In this document: piece by piece, positions 23,920 to 36,960 of the stretch | Position numbering within the stretch: the stretch's first letter is position 1 | Layout of the letters: each line of letters starts with the position of its first letter | Source: Octopus bimaculoides | Taxonomy: Eukaryota | NCBI RefSeq assembly: GCF_001194135.2 | Contig: NC_068989.1 | Coordinates: forward strand, 29,626,355 to 29,690,354 | Direction: 5' to 3' | DNA length: 64,000 nt | Translations under genes and position numbers: made by a program | Notes under the pieces: model-generated | The model's database searches: none | Told to the model about the DNA's origin: nothing | The model's input: the letters and a program-made list of their open reading frames with translations, nothing else

Positions 23920-26900
23920 CTAGCAGAAATACCCGGCATTGCCCGGGTTAAAGAAAATAATGAAATTTTAAAATGCCTTCTCAACTGCTAGTAGCTGAGA
24001 TACCAACTTTCTATGTAACTCTGCAACCCATGCCAACATGGAACATAGCCATTGCATGAAATGCGAAAAGAAAGTTTTCATCTCATATGTATATAAAGTA
24101 AATCCATGTTTGTGTAACTTATTTTGTAACAAAAAATAGGTACAGATTATAAACAATGAAAGGCTGTGCAGAGAGTACTCACACACACAAACAGAGAACG
24201 AATATATCATGTTACTGTTTCACTTTTATACACACAGATATACATTTATGCATGTCAGTCAAAAAGTGAAAGTGTAATAGTAATACTTCAATACTTAATG
24301 GCTTTACACTTCTGTATATGACATGGACCAACTATTCATGTAAGTGCTTCTTCATATACTGTGTTTTCTGTCTTGCCATGTCTATCACTGAGAATGTAGA
24401 GGTTCTTTTTTTCATCTCCAACTCTAGAACATCCAACATACAGCTGACCATGAGAGAAGCCAGGTTAAGTCCCACCACCTTTAGGGATTGACCTTGTGCT
24501 TTGTTGATAGACATGGCAAAGCTAAGTTTGACAGGAAACTGCAGTCTCTTGAACTGAAAGGGGAGATCATTTGAGATGAGTGGTATCCTTGGAATGAAGA
24601 CATTGTCACCCATCATGTTGCCATAATGGAGAAGAGGTTTTTCAACTGCATAGGAGACTTGCACATTTATGCCTCTGTCAGAATGTCATCCCAGTGTGCA
24701 TCATCTTCCAAAAGACTTCTGAGACAGCAAGCCTGGCGATAAGTTTGACATACCATGGCTGTAAAAGCGGTGGGTCCCTTGACACGGTGTAATAGAAGCC
24801 TTAGATAGTAGCACTCTAAGTAGCTGGAATGAACAATATAGACTCTGCCAAGTGTGTCTGATTTCTTGATTCCTGGATGATGTGTGGGTGCTCCAAGTGC
24901 ATGTCTTTTCCATTTGTTTTGGTACCAGGTATAGAATTGTGGAACTTCATTGTATAGCAGTCTTGTAGCAAATTTGTCATTTTGACAGAGCTTGAAGAAT
25001 GCTGTGATTGTGGTATTTTTGGGAGCTTCCATTTGTAGTTGGACTGTGTCTGTCAGCGTGCTGTCTCTGAGATGGAGGACAATGTCACGCTTGTCATGTT
25101 CTTGCCCAACCAGAAGCACAGCTATTTAATTTGCTGTTGGTGCACTAAACCTCCCTCCATGTTGACTAGATGGTTTCTTGGCTGATCTGATAACTACCTT
25201 GTAATCCAGGGAGTCAGGTGAAATTTTTTCAAGGGCAGTCTTGAAGTTTCTGATCAGGTTGTTGTTATGCAGCATCTTTTGCAGAGAGAAACTACAATGT
25301 TCATCCTGACGCCAGAAATGTTCTTGCACTTCTCTTGCCCTTGTTGTTGAGAATCACCCATAAAATATATTTGAAGGAATTTTGGTGATTCATTTGACAG
25401 AGGTAGTAGAAAGTTAATCTGATGATAAATCTGACCTTTGACCCTGAAAGTTTGCATGAATCCTGGCTCAGTTATATCTCTTGTGACTCCAAATGATGTC
25501 ATCTGTAGTGCAGCATTGTACTGTCTAATTTTGTTTTGGAAATACTTAGAATCTCGGTCAGTTGATGACAACAGTTTCTTCAATGGCTCTGGAGCTTGGT
25601 GGATTGCAGGGAATTTAACCTTTCCACCACTGCAGCACAGGTGTCCAGGTGCCTCTCCTGACTACTTCTTTGCTTTACAATGTATGCACTCAGTTGTCAT
25701 TGCACCAATGGAAACTCTAGTGTCATCTGCATAATGAACTACTGGATCATAATTGAAAGCTGCTTCATAAAAGTTGCTTCTCTGAGCTGTTGTAACTACT
25801 CTTTGTTCTGCAATTGCGATCCTATTCCTTGTCAGTCATGCATACCTCAGTTCATCACTATGAGATGCTCTGACTTTTGTAGTGCACAGTCTGTTCGTTT
25901 GTTGGCATGCTTCCCATTCTGCAGCTATCCCTCTTTCCCTGGACAGTGACATTGTTTTGGCTGACCTTGATATTGTAGACAAATTTGCATAATTACAAAA
26001 TTCTGCACCCCCAACTTTGGATGATCATAACTTTCAGAAAAATGGATATTTTTTTAATGAAATTTTCTCCAAATATGTGTTATATCATATAGATTCCAAA
26101 TATAGAAAATTTTGCAGAGTAAGTGTTTTAGGAGGGGGTGGGGAATTTCTGAAAATTCACCGGAGTCCACTTCAATTTCAAGAAAATGGATATTTTTTTA
26201 ATGAAATTCTCTACAAATACACCTCAGATTATGTAGATTCTGAGGACAAAGAAACTTTGGAGGAAAACAATTGGGGATTACTTTTGAGAACTGTTCCCCA
26301 CTCAGGAGTATTTCGGAACAAGTCATCCATATTTGTTTCATTTTCTGTTTTGTGTGTTTGTGCATCTGTAGATTTCTACCACACAAACACACATGTAATT
26401 AAAAAAGTTCAAACGGGGACTTATTCCATTCAATATCATGTTTATTATAGAGATTATGTAACAAATTAAACTTTACACTTCTATATTTAACTGTGTATGT
26501 ATATTCCTTATTTTTGCTTCCAGTGTCTTCTGCATTTCTATTAGAAATGTTTATCCAGGAATTTACTGAAATTGAAAAAAAAAATCATATGAAACAGATA
26601 AGGGATCAATTTTTTTTTGATGATAAAGATTAGATCCCAGATAAGTTTCTTAGTAACATATTTCTGTGTACCAGACCTTTAGATGTTATTTTTAGCATAA
26701 CAAGTTTTCTGGTGAGGGCTTCATTTGCCTTCATTGCCTATTTGTTGCTTCAGTAGAAATCTACAGTTGCACAAACACACAAAATGGAGAAAATGAAAGA
26801 AATATGGATGACTTGTTCGGAAACACCCCCAAGTGGAGAACAGATCTCAAAAGTAACCCCAAATTGTTTTCCCCCCAAATTCCTATGTCCTTGGAATCTA

Positions 26901-27082
26901 CATAGTTCGAGGTATATTTGTAGAGATTTTCATAAAAAAATATACATTTTCTTGAAAGTGAAGACTCCCTCCTGAAACACTTACCCCACAAGATTTTGTA
27001 TATTCAGGGCGGGACAAAAATCTGTAGTTATGCCGACAAATTTGACACTTTCCTACTAGGCATCATTATATATGTATATAGA
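23920..27082 (-). mobile_element. Internally deleted Helitron (RepHel remnants)
   Basis: 3' hairpin ACCCGGG-CAAT-GCCGGGT then CTAG|T at 23920; FQNKIRQYNAALQMTSFG...GQIYH; CYYLRLLLHRVKGPT; FKRLQFPVKLSFAMSINKAQGQSL; 5' TCTATATACATATATAATG (target base not canonical). Confidence 0.88.
26130..27000. repeat. Long inverted repeat (arms about 26130-26385 and 26750-27000)
   Basis: e.g. ggaacaagtcatccatattt vs aaatatggatgacttgttc; the same module occurs at 22490-22860. Confidence 0.7.
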
Positions 27083-27580
27083 AATACATGAGTGCAGAAG
27101 ATAGTAAACAATGAAAATAACTTGGTAATGGAAATGATGTTTCTTAATACAACAGGCAGAAAGTAAATAAGAAATTTTTAACGGAAAATAAAGTATTCTA
27201 CGAGTTGAACTACTCAGTGAACCAAAGAGTCAGTATCGAAGGAACCAGAAAGAAACCGTCAACAACAGAGAAACACAAAACCGTACAGATTGAAATGAAG
27301 TTTATGAAGATACTTCTGTCAGTAAATAATGAAATTACTTATGTCAGTAATTGTGAACTTCTTTCTGTCAGTAATTTGTCATTGTTCGTTTGTAAATAGC
27401 GATAGAAAGCTTAGACCTACATTGAAAACAATAACATTGAAGTTAAACAATGGCATACAGCCCCTTAAAACTTTTCTGAAATGGCCGTAGGATCTTTTCA
27501 ATCACCTCCTTTAATTTATTCTAACTATATTTTCTACTTTAATGATACTCCTTATATATTTTTTATGTTATTTTATTTAT

Positions 27581-27684
27581 ATTCTTATATTTCTGTATTC
27601 TTATATTTCTGTATTCTTATATTTCTGTATTCTTATATTTCTGTATTCTTATATTTCTGTATTCTTATATTTCTGTATTCTTAT
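27581..27684. repeat. 16-bp minisatellite ATTCTTATATTTCTGT x6.5
   Basis: Direct count of perfect units. Confidence 0.95.
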
Positions 27685-27906
27685 CTATGTCGCAATATAA
27701 ATATGTGGTTATTTGAATGAAACAATATCTCATGTCATACATCTGAATAATGAATTTGCTTGTCTAAATGTTTAAGTATAATATCTGAAATTTTTATCTT
27801 ATACCAAATTTTATTAATCTTTAGCTTATATACGAGCGAAAAACAGTTGCACTATATACTGGAGCTTTATCTCCATTAAAATTCTCATAAATACATATAT
27901 ATATAG

Positions 27907-28216
27907 CGTCGTCGTCGTTTAACGTCCGCTTTCCATGCTAGCATGGGTTGGACGATTTGACTGAGGACTGGTGAAACCAGATGGCTACACCAGGCTCCAA
28001 TCTGATTTGGCAGAGTTTCTACAGCTGGATGCCCTTCCTAACGCCAACCACTCAGAGAGTGTAGTGGGTGCTTTTAAGTGTCACCCGCACGAAGGCCAGT
28101 CAGGCGGCACTGGCAACGGCCACACTCAAAATGGTGCATTTCATGTGCCACCCGCACAAGAGCCAGTCCAGGGGCACTGACAACGATCTCGCTCGAAAAT
28201 CCCACAAAGTCCAGCC
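27907..28216 (-). mobile_element. RTE 3' end / Ceph-like tail
   Basis: Reverse complement of about 19560-19810; truncated by an N gap. Confidence 0.75.
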
Positions 28217-29077
28217 NNNNNNNNNNNNNNNNNNNNNNNNNNNNNNNNNNNNNNNNNNNNNNNNNNNNNNNNNNNNNNNNNNNNNNNNNNNNNNNNNNNN
28301 NNNNNNNNNNNNNNNNNNNNNNNNNNNNNNNNNNNNNNNNNNNNNNNNNNNNNNNNNNNNNNNNNNNNNNNNNNNNNNNNNNNNNNNNNNNNNNNNNNNN
28401 NNNNNNNNNNNNNNNNNNNNNNNNNNNNNNNNNNNNNNNNNNNNNNNNNNNNNNNNNNNNNNNNNNNNNNNNNNNNNNNNNNNNNNNNNNNNNNNNNNNN
28501 NNNNNNNNNNNNNNNNNNNNNNNNNNNNNNNNNNNNNNNNNNNNNNNNNNNNNNNNNNNNNNNNNNNNNNNNNNNNNNNNNNNNNNNNNNNNNNNNNNNN
28601 NNNNNNNNNNNNNNNNNNNNNNNNNNNNNNNNNNNNNNNNNNNNNNNNNNNNNNNNNNNNNNNNNNNNNNNNNNNNNNNNNNNNNNNNNNNNNNNNNNNN
28701 NNNNNNNNNNNNNNNNNNNNNNNNNNNNNNNNNNNNNNNNNNNNNNNNNNNNNNNNNNNNNNNNNNNNNNNNNNNNNNNNNNNNNNNNNNNNNNNNNNNN
28801 NNNNNNNNNNNNNNNNNNNNNNNNNNNNNNNNNNNNNNNNNNNNNNNNNNNNNNNNNNNNNNNNNNNNNNNNNNNNNNNNNNNNNNNNNNNNNNNNNNNN
28901 NNNNNNNNNNNNNNNNNNNNNNNNNNNNNNNNNNNNNNNNNNNNNNNNNNNNNNNNNNNNNNNNNNNNNNNNNNNNNNNNNNNNNNNNNNNNNNNNNNNN
29001 NNNNNNNNNNNNNNNNNNNNNNNNNNNNNNNNNNNNNNNNNNNNNNNNNNNNNNNNNNNNNNNNNNNNNNNNNNNNN

Positions 29078-30341
29078 TATCATCATCATCATTTAATGTC
29101 TGTTGTCCATGCTGACATTGGTTGGATGGTTTGACCAGAGCTGCTAATTTGAGGGGCTGCACCAGATTCCAGTCTAATTTGGAATAATTTCTATGGCTGG
29201 ATGCCCTTCCTAATACCAACTACTCTAAGAGTGTAATGGGTGCTTTTATGTGTCACTGGCATGGGTGCCAGTTGCATAACACCAGTACTTGCTATGACTA
29301 TGGTTTCACTTGGCTTGATGGGTCTCCTTCTCAAGCACAGCATATTGTCAAAGGTCTTTTGTTATTACTTTCATGAGACCTAATGCTCGAAAGGCACTTT
29401 TTACGCAACACCAGCATCAACCACATTGCCTCTCTGAGGCTCCACACTTGAATTTTCCTTTTTACATACCACCAGCATGGGTTCCAGTTATGTGACACTA
29501 ACAACAGCCACAACTATGATTTCTCTTGGCTTGACGGGTCTTCTCAAGCACAGCACTTTGCCAAAAGTGTTGGTTACTAGTCATTGCCTCCGTGAGGCAA
29601 AGTATTTGAAAATCATGCTTCACCGTTTTATCCCATGTCTTCCTGGGTCTCCCTTTTCCAGTTTCCCTCCACTGTTAGAGGCACTTCTTCACAAAGCTGT
29701 CCGCATCCATATGCATCACACGACCATATCAATGCAGTCGTCTCTCTTGCATACCACATCTGATGTCTCTTATGCCCAAATTTTCTCTTAAGACACTTAC
29801 ACTTTGTTGTGTATGAACACTGACATTGCACATCTAGTAAAGCATACTAGCTTCATTTCTTTCAAGCCTACACATGTCCTCAGTAGTCACAGCCCATGTT
29901 TCACTGCCATGTAGCATGGCTGTTTGCACACATGCATCATACAACCTGCCTTTCACTCTGAGGGAGATGCCCTTTGTTACCAACAGAGGTAGGAGCTCTC
30001 TGAACTTTGCCCAGCCTGTTCTTATTCTAGCAGCTATGCTCTCAGAGCATCTACCACCACTACTGACTTGGTCACCTAGATAACAAAAAGCTATCAACTA
30101 CTTCTAGCTCACTCTGCAGGCATTTGATGGAGTCTATTTTCTGTATGTTTTTAGTGTTAAGTGTACTTGTACACCTTCCACACACAAAAATTAGTTTCCC
30201 TGTTAACCTTCCTCTGATATTGCTGCACCTCTTATGTGTCCATAACTTACACCGGATACATCTTATGGAGTTTCTACTTACACCTATATATATATTTCTA
30301 TCTATGCCTCCTACCCACCTTCTCCTTCCCCCTTCATCATC
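29078..30341 (-). mobile_element. RTE (BovB-like) LINE 3' half with Cys/His finger insert
   Basis: NSIRCIRCKLWTHKRCSNI...FVCGRC, LEVVDSF, CYLGDQVSSGG, MLHGSETW, 3' UTR and (GAT)n tail. Confidence 0.85.
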
Positions 30342-30699
30342 NNNNNNNNNNNNNNNNNNNNNNNNNNNNNNNNNNNNNNNNNNNNNNNNNNNNNNNNNNN
30401 NNNNNNNNNNNNNNNNNNNNNNNNNNNNNNNNNNNNNNNNNNNNNNNNNNNNNNNNNNNNNNNNNNNNNNNNNNNNNNNNNNNNNNNNNNNNNNNNNNNN
30501 NNNNNNNNNNNNNNNNNNNNNNNNNNNNNNNNNNNNNNNNNNNNNNNNNNNNNNNNNNNNNNNNNNNNNNNNNNNNNNNNNNNNNNNNNNNNNNNNNNNN
30601 NNNNNNNNNNNNNNCCCCCACCCCATCCGTGCTTTCCCCACCTCCCAACACTATCACACCACACCACACACCACTACACCATGCCACACAACACACCAC

Positions 30700-31090
30700 C
30701 ACACACACACCGGCACTGACCAATTCCCAGCCCCACATTTTCACACCTAGACATATGCACACGTCAAGATCACCAGCCCTCTTCCACACACAAACTATCT
30801 TATACACATGCACACACCTTCGTTTTGGGATCACCACTACTTTATTATCTCCCCTTCTTCCTAGCTCTCCTGTGTGACCCTTCTGTCCAGCATTCGCCAT
30901 GACAGATCACCAGCCACTACACATTCTTTTTTTCTTTCCTTGTTTCTTTCTGTGGAAGAGCGTAGGCTCGAAACGTTAAAGACTTTTTCACTTCCCGAGC
31001 GTTATACTAATGCATCTGTTTGTTGTCTACACCACTTGTCTTTGTCTTGTTTTTTTTTTTGTGAATTCTCCCCATATATATATATCTATT
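30700..31090 (+). mobile_element. Short PLE-like terminal element carrying a hammerhead motif
   Basis: No ORF; HHR-like motif followed by a pyrimidine-rich tail ending in (TA)n. Confidence 0.5.
30945..30982 (+). ncRNA. Minimal type I hammerhead, variant core (A6>U)
   Basis: TCTTT-CTGTGGA-A-GAGC-GTAG-GCTC-GAAAC-GTT-AAAGA: perfect 5-bp stem I, 4-bp stem II, ACGU palindrome. Confidence 0.65.
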
Positions 31091-33283
31091 TCTACATTCA
31101 AGTTATAACCTCCCTTGATGTAAGTGTAACACACAGATGAAACAGGCAGATTCCAGGAATGATGCTTCTGCCCTACCCACCCCCTCTACCATCTTCTCTG
31201 ATGTCCAATATCTCCCTCCCTTCTGTGTTTACAACCACTCCTAAGCAGTCCTCCTACTCTCCTTGATCTGAATAGATTATACTGAACTTGCTGTGTTAAA
31301 TGGTTTCCTCCCCTCCCTAGTTGAATTTCCTTTCCTTTTATTTTTTCTCTTTCTCCCTCTCTGTTTGTCTCTCTCTCTCTCTCTTTCTCTCTTCTACTTT
31401 CTGCTTTTTTTTTTGTCAATGCCAGGGTGATGAGAGTAGTTGAGCACCCATCACTTATAAAATGCACAAAACCTATCCTCAGATAGTGAAGCCTGACTCC
31501 TTCGTCAAACCAACAACAGAGTGAGAAAAAGCAAGTATCTGGTGCCTTCAAATAACCAGTGTTCTGGGTAGGCTGTACTCATTAGCCTTGGAAGGCAAGC
31601 AGCCTAGTAGAAGGACCACTCTGAGTTCAAAACCAGGGGAGCAAGGCCCCGTCACCTTAGCAGACTACCTTGATAGAGATGGTGTCTCAATAAAAATACC
31701 AGGTGGTAGTAAGCTAAAAATACACCTAATTTGTGAGTGAAAACGCAAGCAAAATAGATGATGATAACAGTGTGAACAGGACTGGAACCAATGATAAAGG
31801 TGCTGCACTCAGCAGGTGCTCCTGGTCGTAATCCAGCCACTGCTATCAATGCTGCAAGACATAAGTGGAGTAAACAAGTAAATATAATGGTTATGGAATG
31901 TTACAACTGGAGCACCCAGGGGGATGTGAATGGCATGTCTGTCAGAGGTTACAGAAAATGAATGTAGAGTGAATGGAAGGCAATGGATCTGTTTGAAATT
32001 ACTGAACAGAGATTATGTGACCAAACTAGAGCAATATGAAAGAATGGGTAGTTAACAGAATTGGAGATAGAAACTATCAAAAGAAGGATATTGGGTGGTG
32101 CTGGGCAAGCGAGAAATGAAAGTGGTATAGTGGAAGAGATGGACAATTGTTCGTAAGAATATACTACCATGAATTGCGAAAGAATTGAGATCAGTGACAA
32201 CTCAAACAATGAAGATCGATAAATAACAGACAAGATTCTGCATCTATTAAATACAAAAGGGACAGAATTTATGTGCAACTTTAAGAAGGCTAACCAATAG
32301 AGACTAAATCAAGAGATGAGTAAAGTCAATAATCTATTGAGATACATTGAAACAAAGAACATCACACAAACAAATAATCTTATCAAGGCTATCAGTAGGA
32401 TTGTGGTGGAAAGGATGGGGTTGAGAACTACTGAGGACAGAACAGCGATGGATAGAAGAGGAAATAAACAACCTTGGTGGAAAAGGAGAATTTCAGAAGA
32501 TATAAATTCCTTGAACAGTGTAGTGTCAATACTTGACAGGAAAAGAAATAGAGAACTAAAGAATGAATGGAAATTCGAAAAAGTTAAGAAGAAGTATGGT
32601 GTAGATACAAAAGGCCTGAAAGTTGTAACTGAAGAACTGAAGCAGTGCATACTTGCAAAAAACAGCAAAGCTAATTAGGTTTGAACAATGGATTAAGCAA
32701 TACTGGCAAAACAAATTGTTTAGAACCAACCAAAAAAGATTTTATCAAGAGATTAATGATAATAAAAAACATGAAAGATTAGTCCCTGATGCTGATGAAA
32801 GTTGACTTTTCTGGGGTAAGATATGGAATAAGCAAGAACAACATAATACTACAGCTGAATGGCTCTGCAGCCTCAAGCAAACAGCTTCTTATCCCCAACA
32901 AGAAGCTATCTATTTCACAGAAGGCAGTATCAGAAATACGAGTAAAAAGATAAATAATTAGAAAGCAGCAGGAACTTATGGTGTACAGGGGTTTTGGATA
33001 AAAAAGTTCAGTAGTTGCCATAAATTGATCACAGAGAAATTTAATGCATTGATCAATGGAGAAGAAGAAATCCTGGGCTGGTTGACAAAAGGATGAATGG
33101 TGTTGTGTCTGAAGGATGCATCAAAGGGAAATGCTGCTGACAATTACAGACAAATTTCTTGCCTCCCATTAATGTGGAAGTTACTGTCAGGAGGAACTGC
33201 AGAAGAACTGTATAAATTTCTTGATGAGAATGATATATTACTGACAGAACAAAAAGGCTGTAGGAGATGCAGGAAATCAATTA

Positions 33284-35106
33284 CACTGGGAAACAAAAAA
33301 AAAATTTTTTGTCTGGAATATTTGCCTGCTAAATTCAAGTGATATTGCCTGCTAAATTCAAGTGATATTGCCTGCTAAATTCACGTGATATTGCCTGCTA
33401 AATTCAAAAATAACTTCAGTTTTTCTCTATCAGGTCTAGTTTTCTGGCTAGACCTGATAAAGTAAGTATTTTATTCATACAAGCAGTATATAATAGGAAT
33501 CAATAAAGAGACCGTGACACAAAACAAAACAAAATACATATACAAATTCAAAATTGAAAACGTACACTGGCAGAGATTTTTGGCAGAAAACTCAAGGAAT
33601 AAATTTACGCTTCTTTGTGCACTGTGAATGTTGAGCAACAGGAATATCTTGTTTTAAACACCAGCAATAGTCTGCCGTCATCACTGCATCCCAATATCTT
33701 TGGCCCCAAGTTTCCATCTCCTTGATGTCTTGATGGAATCGTTTGCCTTGTTCATTCCTAACATCTCCAAGATTTTCAGGAAAACAATCAACATGACTAA
33801 AAAGATAATACGTTTTGATGCTCATATTCATGCCAATATCAACGAAAGTTGATATCAAGTTGGTAACAAAGACTTTATAATTTTCCCTTTTGTGTTTCCC
33901 AAGGAAATTTTGCACTACTTCTGCAAAGGCTAACCAAGTTGATGATTCATTTTCACAAAATTTGTGTTCTTCAAGAGCTTACAGGTATGTGGTCCACCAA
34001 AAATCCCTGCTTTAAGTTTTTCAATCGACAAATCTGGAAATACACTGCAGATATACTTGAAGCACTCCCCATTTTTGTCAAGAGCTCTGGTGAATTGCTT
34101 GATCAATCCGAGTTTGGTGTGCAAAGGGGTGAAATGATCTAGCCCAACTAAAGGTTCTTCCAATATATTGGCAGCTCTACATGGAGCCATATTTGTTTGA
34201 GACAGCCAGTCTTTCTTAACATAGTGGTTTACTTGGTCTCTACTGTCCCACATTCAAAGAAAGCATGAGTATTTGGTATAACCAGATTACTGCCCATGAG
34301 AAAATTCACCATCTTTAAGTCAATGCAGATTACCCATTTATAATCATGATACAGTATCATCCCTAAAACCAACTTAATTTCGTCAAATTTTTCCTTCAGA
34401 ATTATTGAGTGGCCGAGTGGGACAGAGCCATACACATTTCCGTTGTGCAACAATACATATTTTAAACTACACTTAGAGCTGTCTATGAAAAGATGCCATT
34501 CCTCTGGTTCATATTCCTCAATGCCAAGTTTATTAAAAAGCCTACTGATATCTCTGCAATAAACTGACTCTTCCTCTTTTGTGAAGAAAGAAACTCTTCA
34601 TGCCGATTCTGATAAAAGGTTATATAGACACCATTCTCTAGAAAATTCTTCTCTTTCAGTTGGGAAGCCAACAGGTCTGCAGAACTTTTTGGGAGGTTCA
34701 AGTCACAAACTAGATCATTCAGCTCTACCTGGGAGAATAGCTGAGGTAAAGTCTCAACTGAAAAGCCTTGATCTCTAGTGTCATCTTCAAGTGATGAGTC
34801 TTCTTTGGTTTAGGGTAAAGTTATCTGAGCAAGACATTGAAGACAGGAACAGGAAGTTCTTCACTGTATGGAACTGGTCTAATAGCAGAGGCAATATTAT
34901 GATAGACAAGCATTTGTTGATTTTTCCAGTTAATACCCTTCAAATTTAGGTTACAAAAATAGCAGTCATCCATGTGATTACACGGCTCAATAACTTAAAA
35001 ACTAGATCTGATGGGTCAAAAGGAAGGTTATATTTGGATTCAGGAGACCGATTTTGTATAGGAATGATGTCTATTTCCTAAACACCAAAAACCTTGTAGA
35101 CCAGTG
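33284..35106 (-). mobile_element. Chapaev3-like (CMC) DNA transposon, internally deleted
   Basis: Termini CACTGGG/CACTGGT, TSD TTA (33281-33283, 35107-35109); DDCYFC...AIRPVP, LHNGNVYGSVPLGHS, IDLKMV, PLHTKLGL, NEQGKRFHQDI, ADYCW. Family name is from recalled motifs. Confidence 0.75.
33322..33406. repeat. 23-bp subterminal tandem repeat x3.7
   Basis: TTGCCTGCTAAATTCAAGTGATA units start at 33322, 33345, 33368, 33391. Confidence 0.95.
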
Positions 35107-36960
35107 TTATTGATAGACAAAATGGTAAGGCAAGACTGTAAATGAACAAATCTGGGAATGACTATCGCAAAGTTTATGATGATTCCACATTCGTGGATCA
35201 TCAAATACTTAGATCTGTTTGGAATTGTGAGGAATGTAACATGTTTCCTGAAGAGAAGTATGGTGGGGTAGAAAACTGAACTAACATTGTATGGAAAAAG
35301 CTTGGGCACTCTGGGTATCAGAAGAGGGCGAAAGCTTATCTCCATTGCTTTTTGTTCTCTGCATGATACCCCTGACCTTGGTACTTAGGAAAGTGAACCT
35401 GGGGTACCAACTAAAGGAAAAATCCCAAACAATCAACCACCTCCTCTTCATGGATGATTTGAACTGTATGGCAAAGATGAGACACAAGTGAGTTCCTTGG
35501 TGAACACAGTCCACTGTTTTAGTACTGATATTAGAATGGAATTTGGACTCAAGAAGTGCGGAATAATATACCTAAAAAGAGGCAAGGTACAGTCCCTGTC
35601 AAGGAACAGAATTACCGAATAGAGACTTGATTAAACAAATTGAGACAGAAGGTACCTTGATGTACTAGAGTTCAATGAGATAATGGAGAAGGAAATGAAA
35701 GAGCAACTGAGGATGGAATATTTCTGAAGACTAGGGTTGGTGTTGAGCTCAAAATTGACTGGATGGAATAAAATCCAAGCAGTTAATATGTGGGCAATAG
35801 TGTCACTTCGGTATGGAGCAGGAATTATAAAATAGCAAAAGAGAGAAGTGATGAAAATGGAAACCAAGACCAGAAAAATGTTGACAGTACACGAAGCCTT
35901 CCACTCTAAGAGTGACACCGATAGGTTGTACTTGTCTGGAAGAAAGGGTGGGAGATCAGTTACCAAGACTATATTGAAGCAGAGAAAAATAGCTTGGGGT
36001 GGTAAATACAAAATGCTGTGCAGCCATTGTTGAAGCCTATGAAGAAGGCTGGCATCATCAAAACTGAAAATTGTGTAATGAAAGAAAAATTTAAACAAGA
36101 TATGAACACAAAAAAAAGAAAAAAGCATGAAAGGAAAAAACAATGTACAGTTAGTTTGCAAGCAATGTGAATGCCAAGAGAGATACAGAGGACTGGTGGC
36201 TATGGATGAGGAGTGACCTGAAGATAGAGAGAAAAGCACTAATATGCGCAGTTCAAGAACAAGCGTTAAAGAACAACTAAGTGAAGTACAGAATAGACAA
36301 CACTAGTGACAGCGACAAATGCAGAATGTGTGGTGAGAGGGGTGAAATCGTATGGCACATTATTAGCGAATACCCAAAATTGGCACAACGTGAATATGTA
36401 AGACACTATGACAATGTGACAAGAATGATCCATTGGGAGCTCTGTGGAACTCATGATGTGGTATGAGAAAACTCCAGAAGGAGTCACCGAGAATGAGAAT
36501 TTCAAAATCCTGTGGGATGCAATGATCCAGTGTGATCACCTGACCAGATATCAGAAACTGGACATTGTTGTGGTAAATAAAAAAGAAAGAACATGCATGA
36601 TAACTGACATAACATGCACCGGTGACAACAAGATCAATATGAAAGAAGAAGAAAAAATAAACAACTATGATGATTTAAATGGGAAATATGAAAGTTGTGG
36701 TCAATGAGGAGAGTAGACATGATACCAATAGTAATTGGTGCACTTGGAAGTATCAGCACTCAACTACCAGCATGGCTGAAAAAGCTTGTGCAAGTGTGAA
36801 GGTAGAACACCTATAAAAATCAGCATTGCTTAGAACTGCAAGAATTTTTCGCAGGGTTCTTGAAGCATGACCAGTCATCTGCTGGTTATAGACAGCTGAC
36901 ACTTACTATCATAACCAGCAAAATAAGTTGTGAGTTTGCATCACATAATAATAATAATAG

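Larger units (their letters stand above)
31940..36960 (+). mobile_element. R4/Dong-clade LINE copy 1 (RT plus REL endonuclease), interrupted at 33284-35106
   Basis: [54 protein letters not shown]...WHIISE, KILWD...DIVVVNKK; ends in (TAA)n. Confidence 0.85.

Noticed and set aside
27815-27855. GCT...AGC-GAAA as an HHR remnant
   Set aside because: 5' core absent; could be chance.
27960-27985. CTGAGGA-CTGGT-GAAAC
   Set aside because: No stem II possible and no NUH with stem I; part of the RTE tail.
27581-33406. 16-bp and 23-bp arrays as CRISPR-like repeats
   Set aside because: No spacers; eukaryotic tandem repeats.
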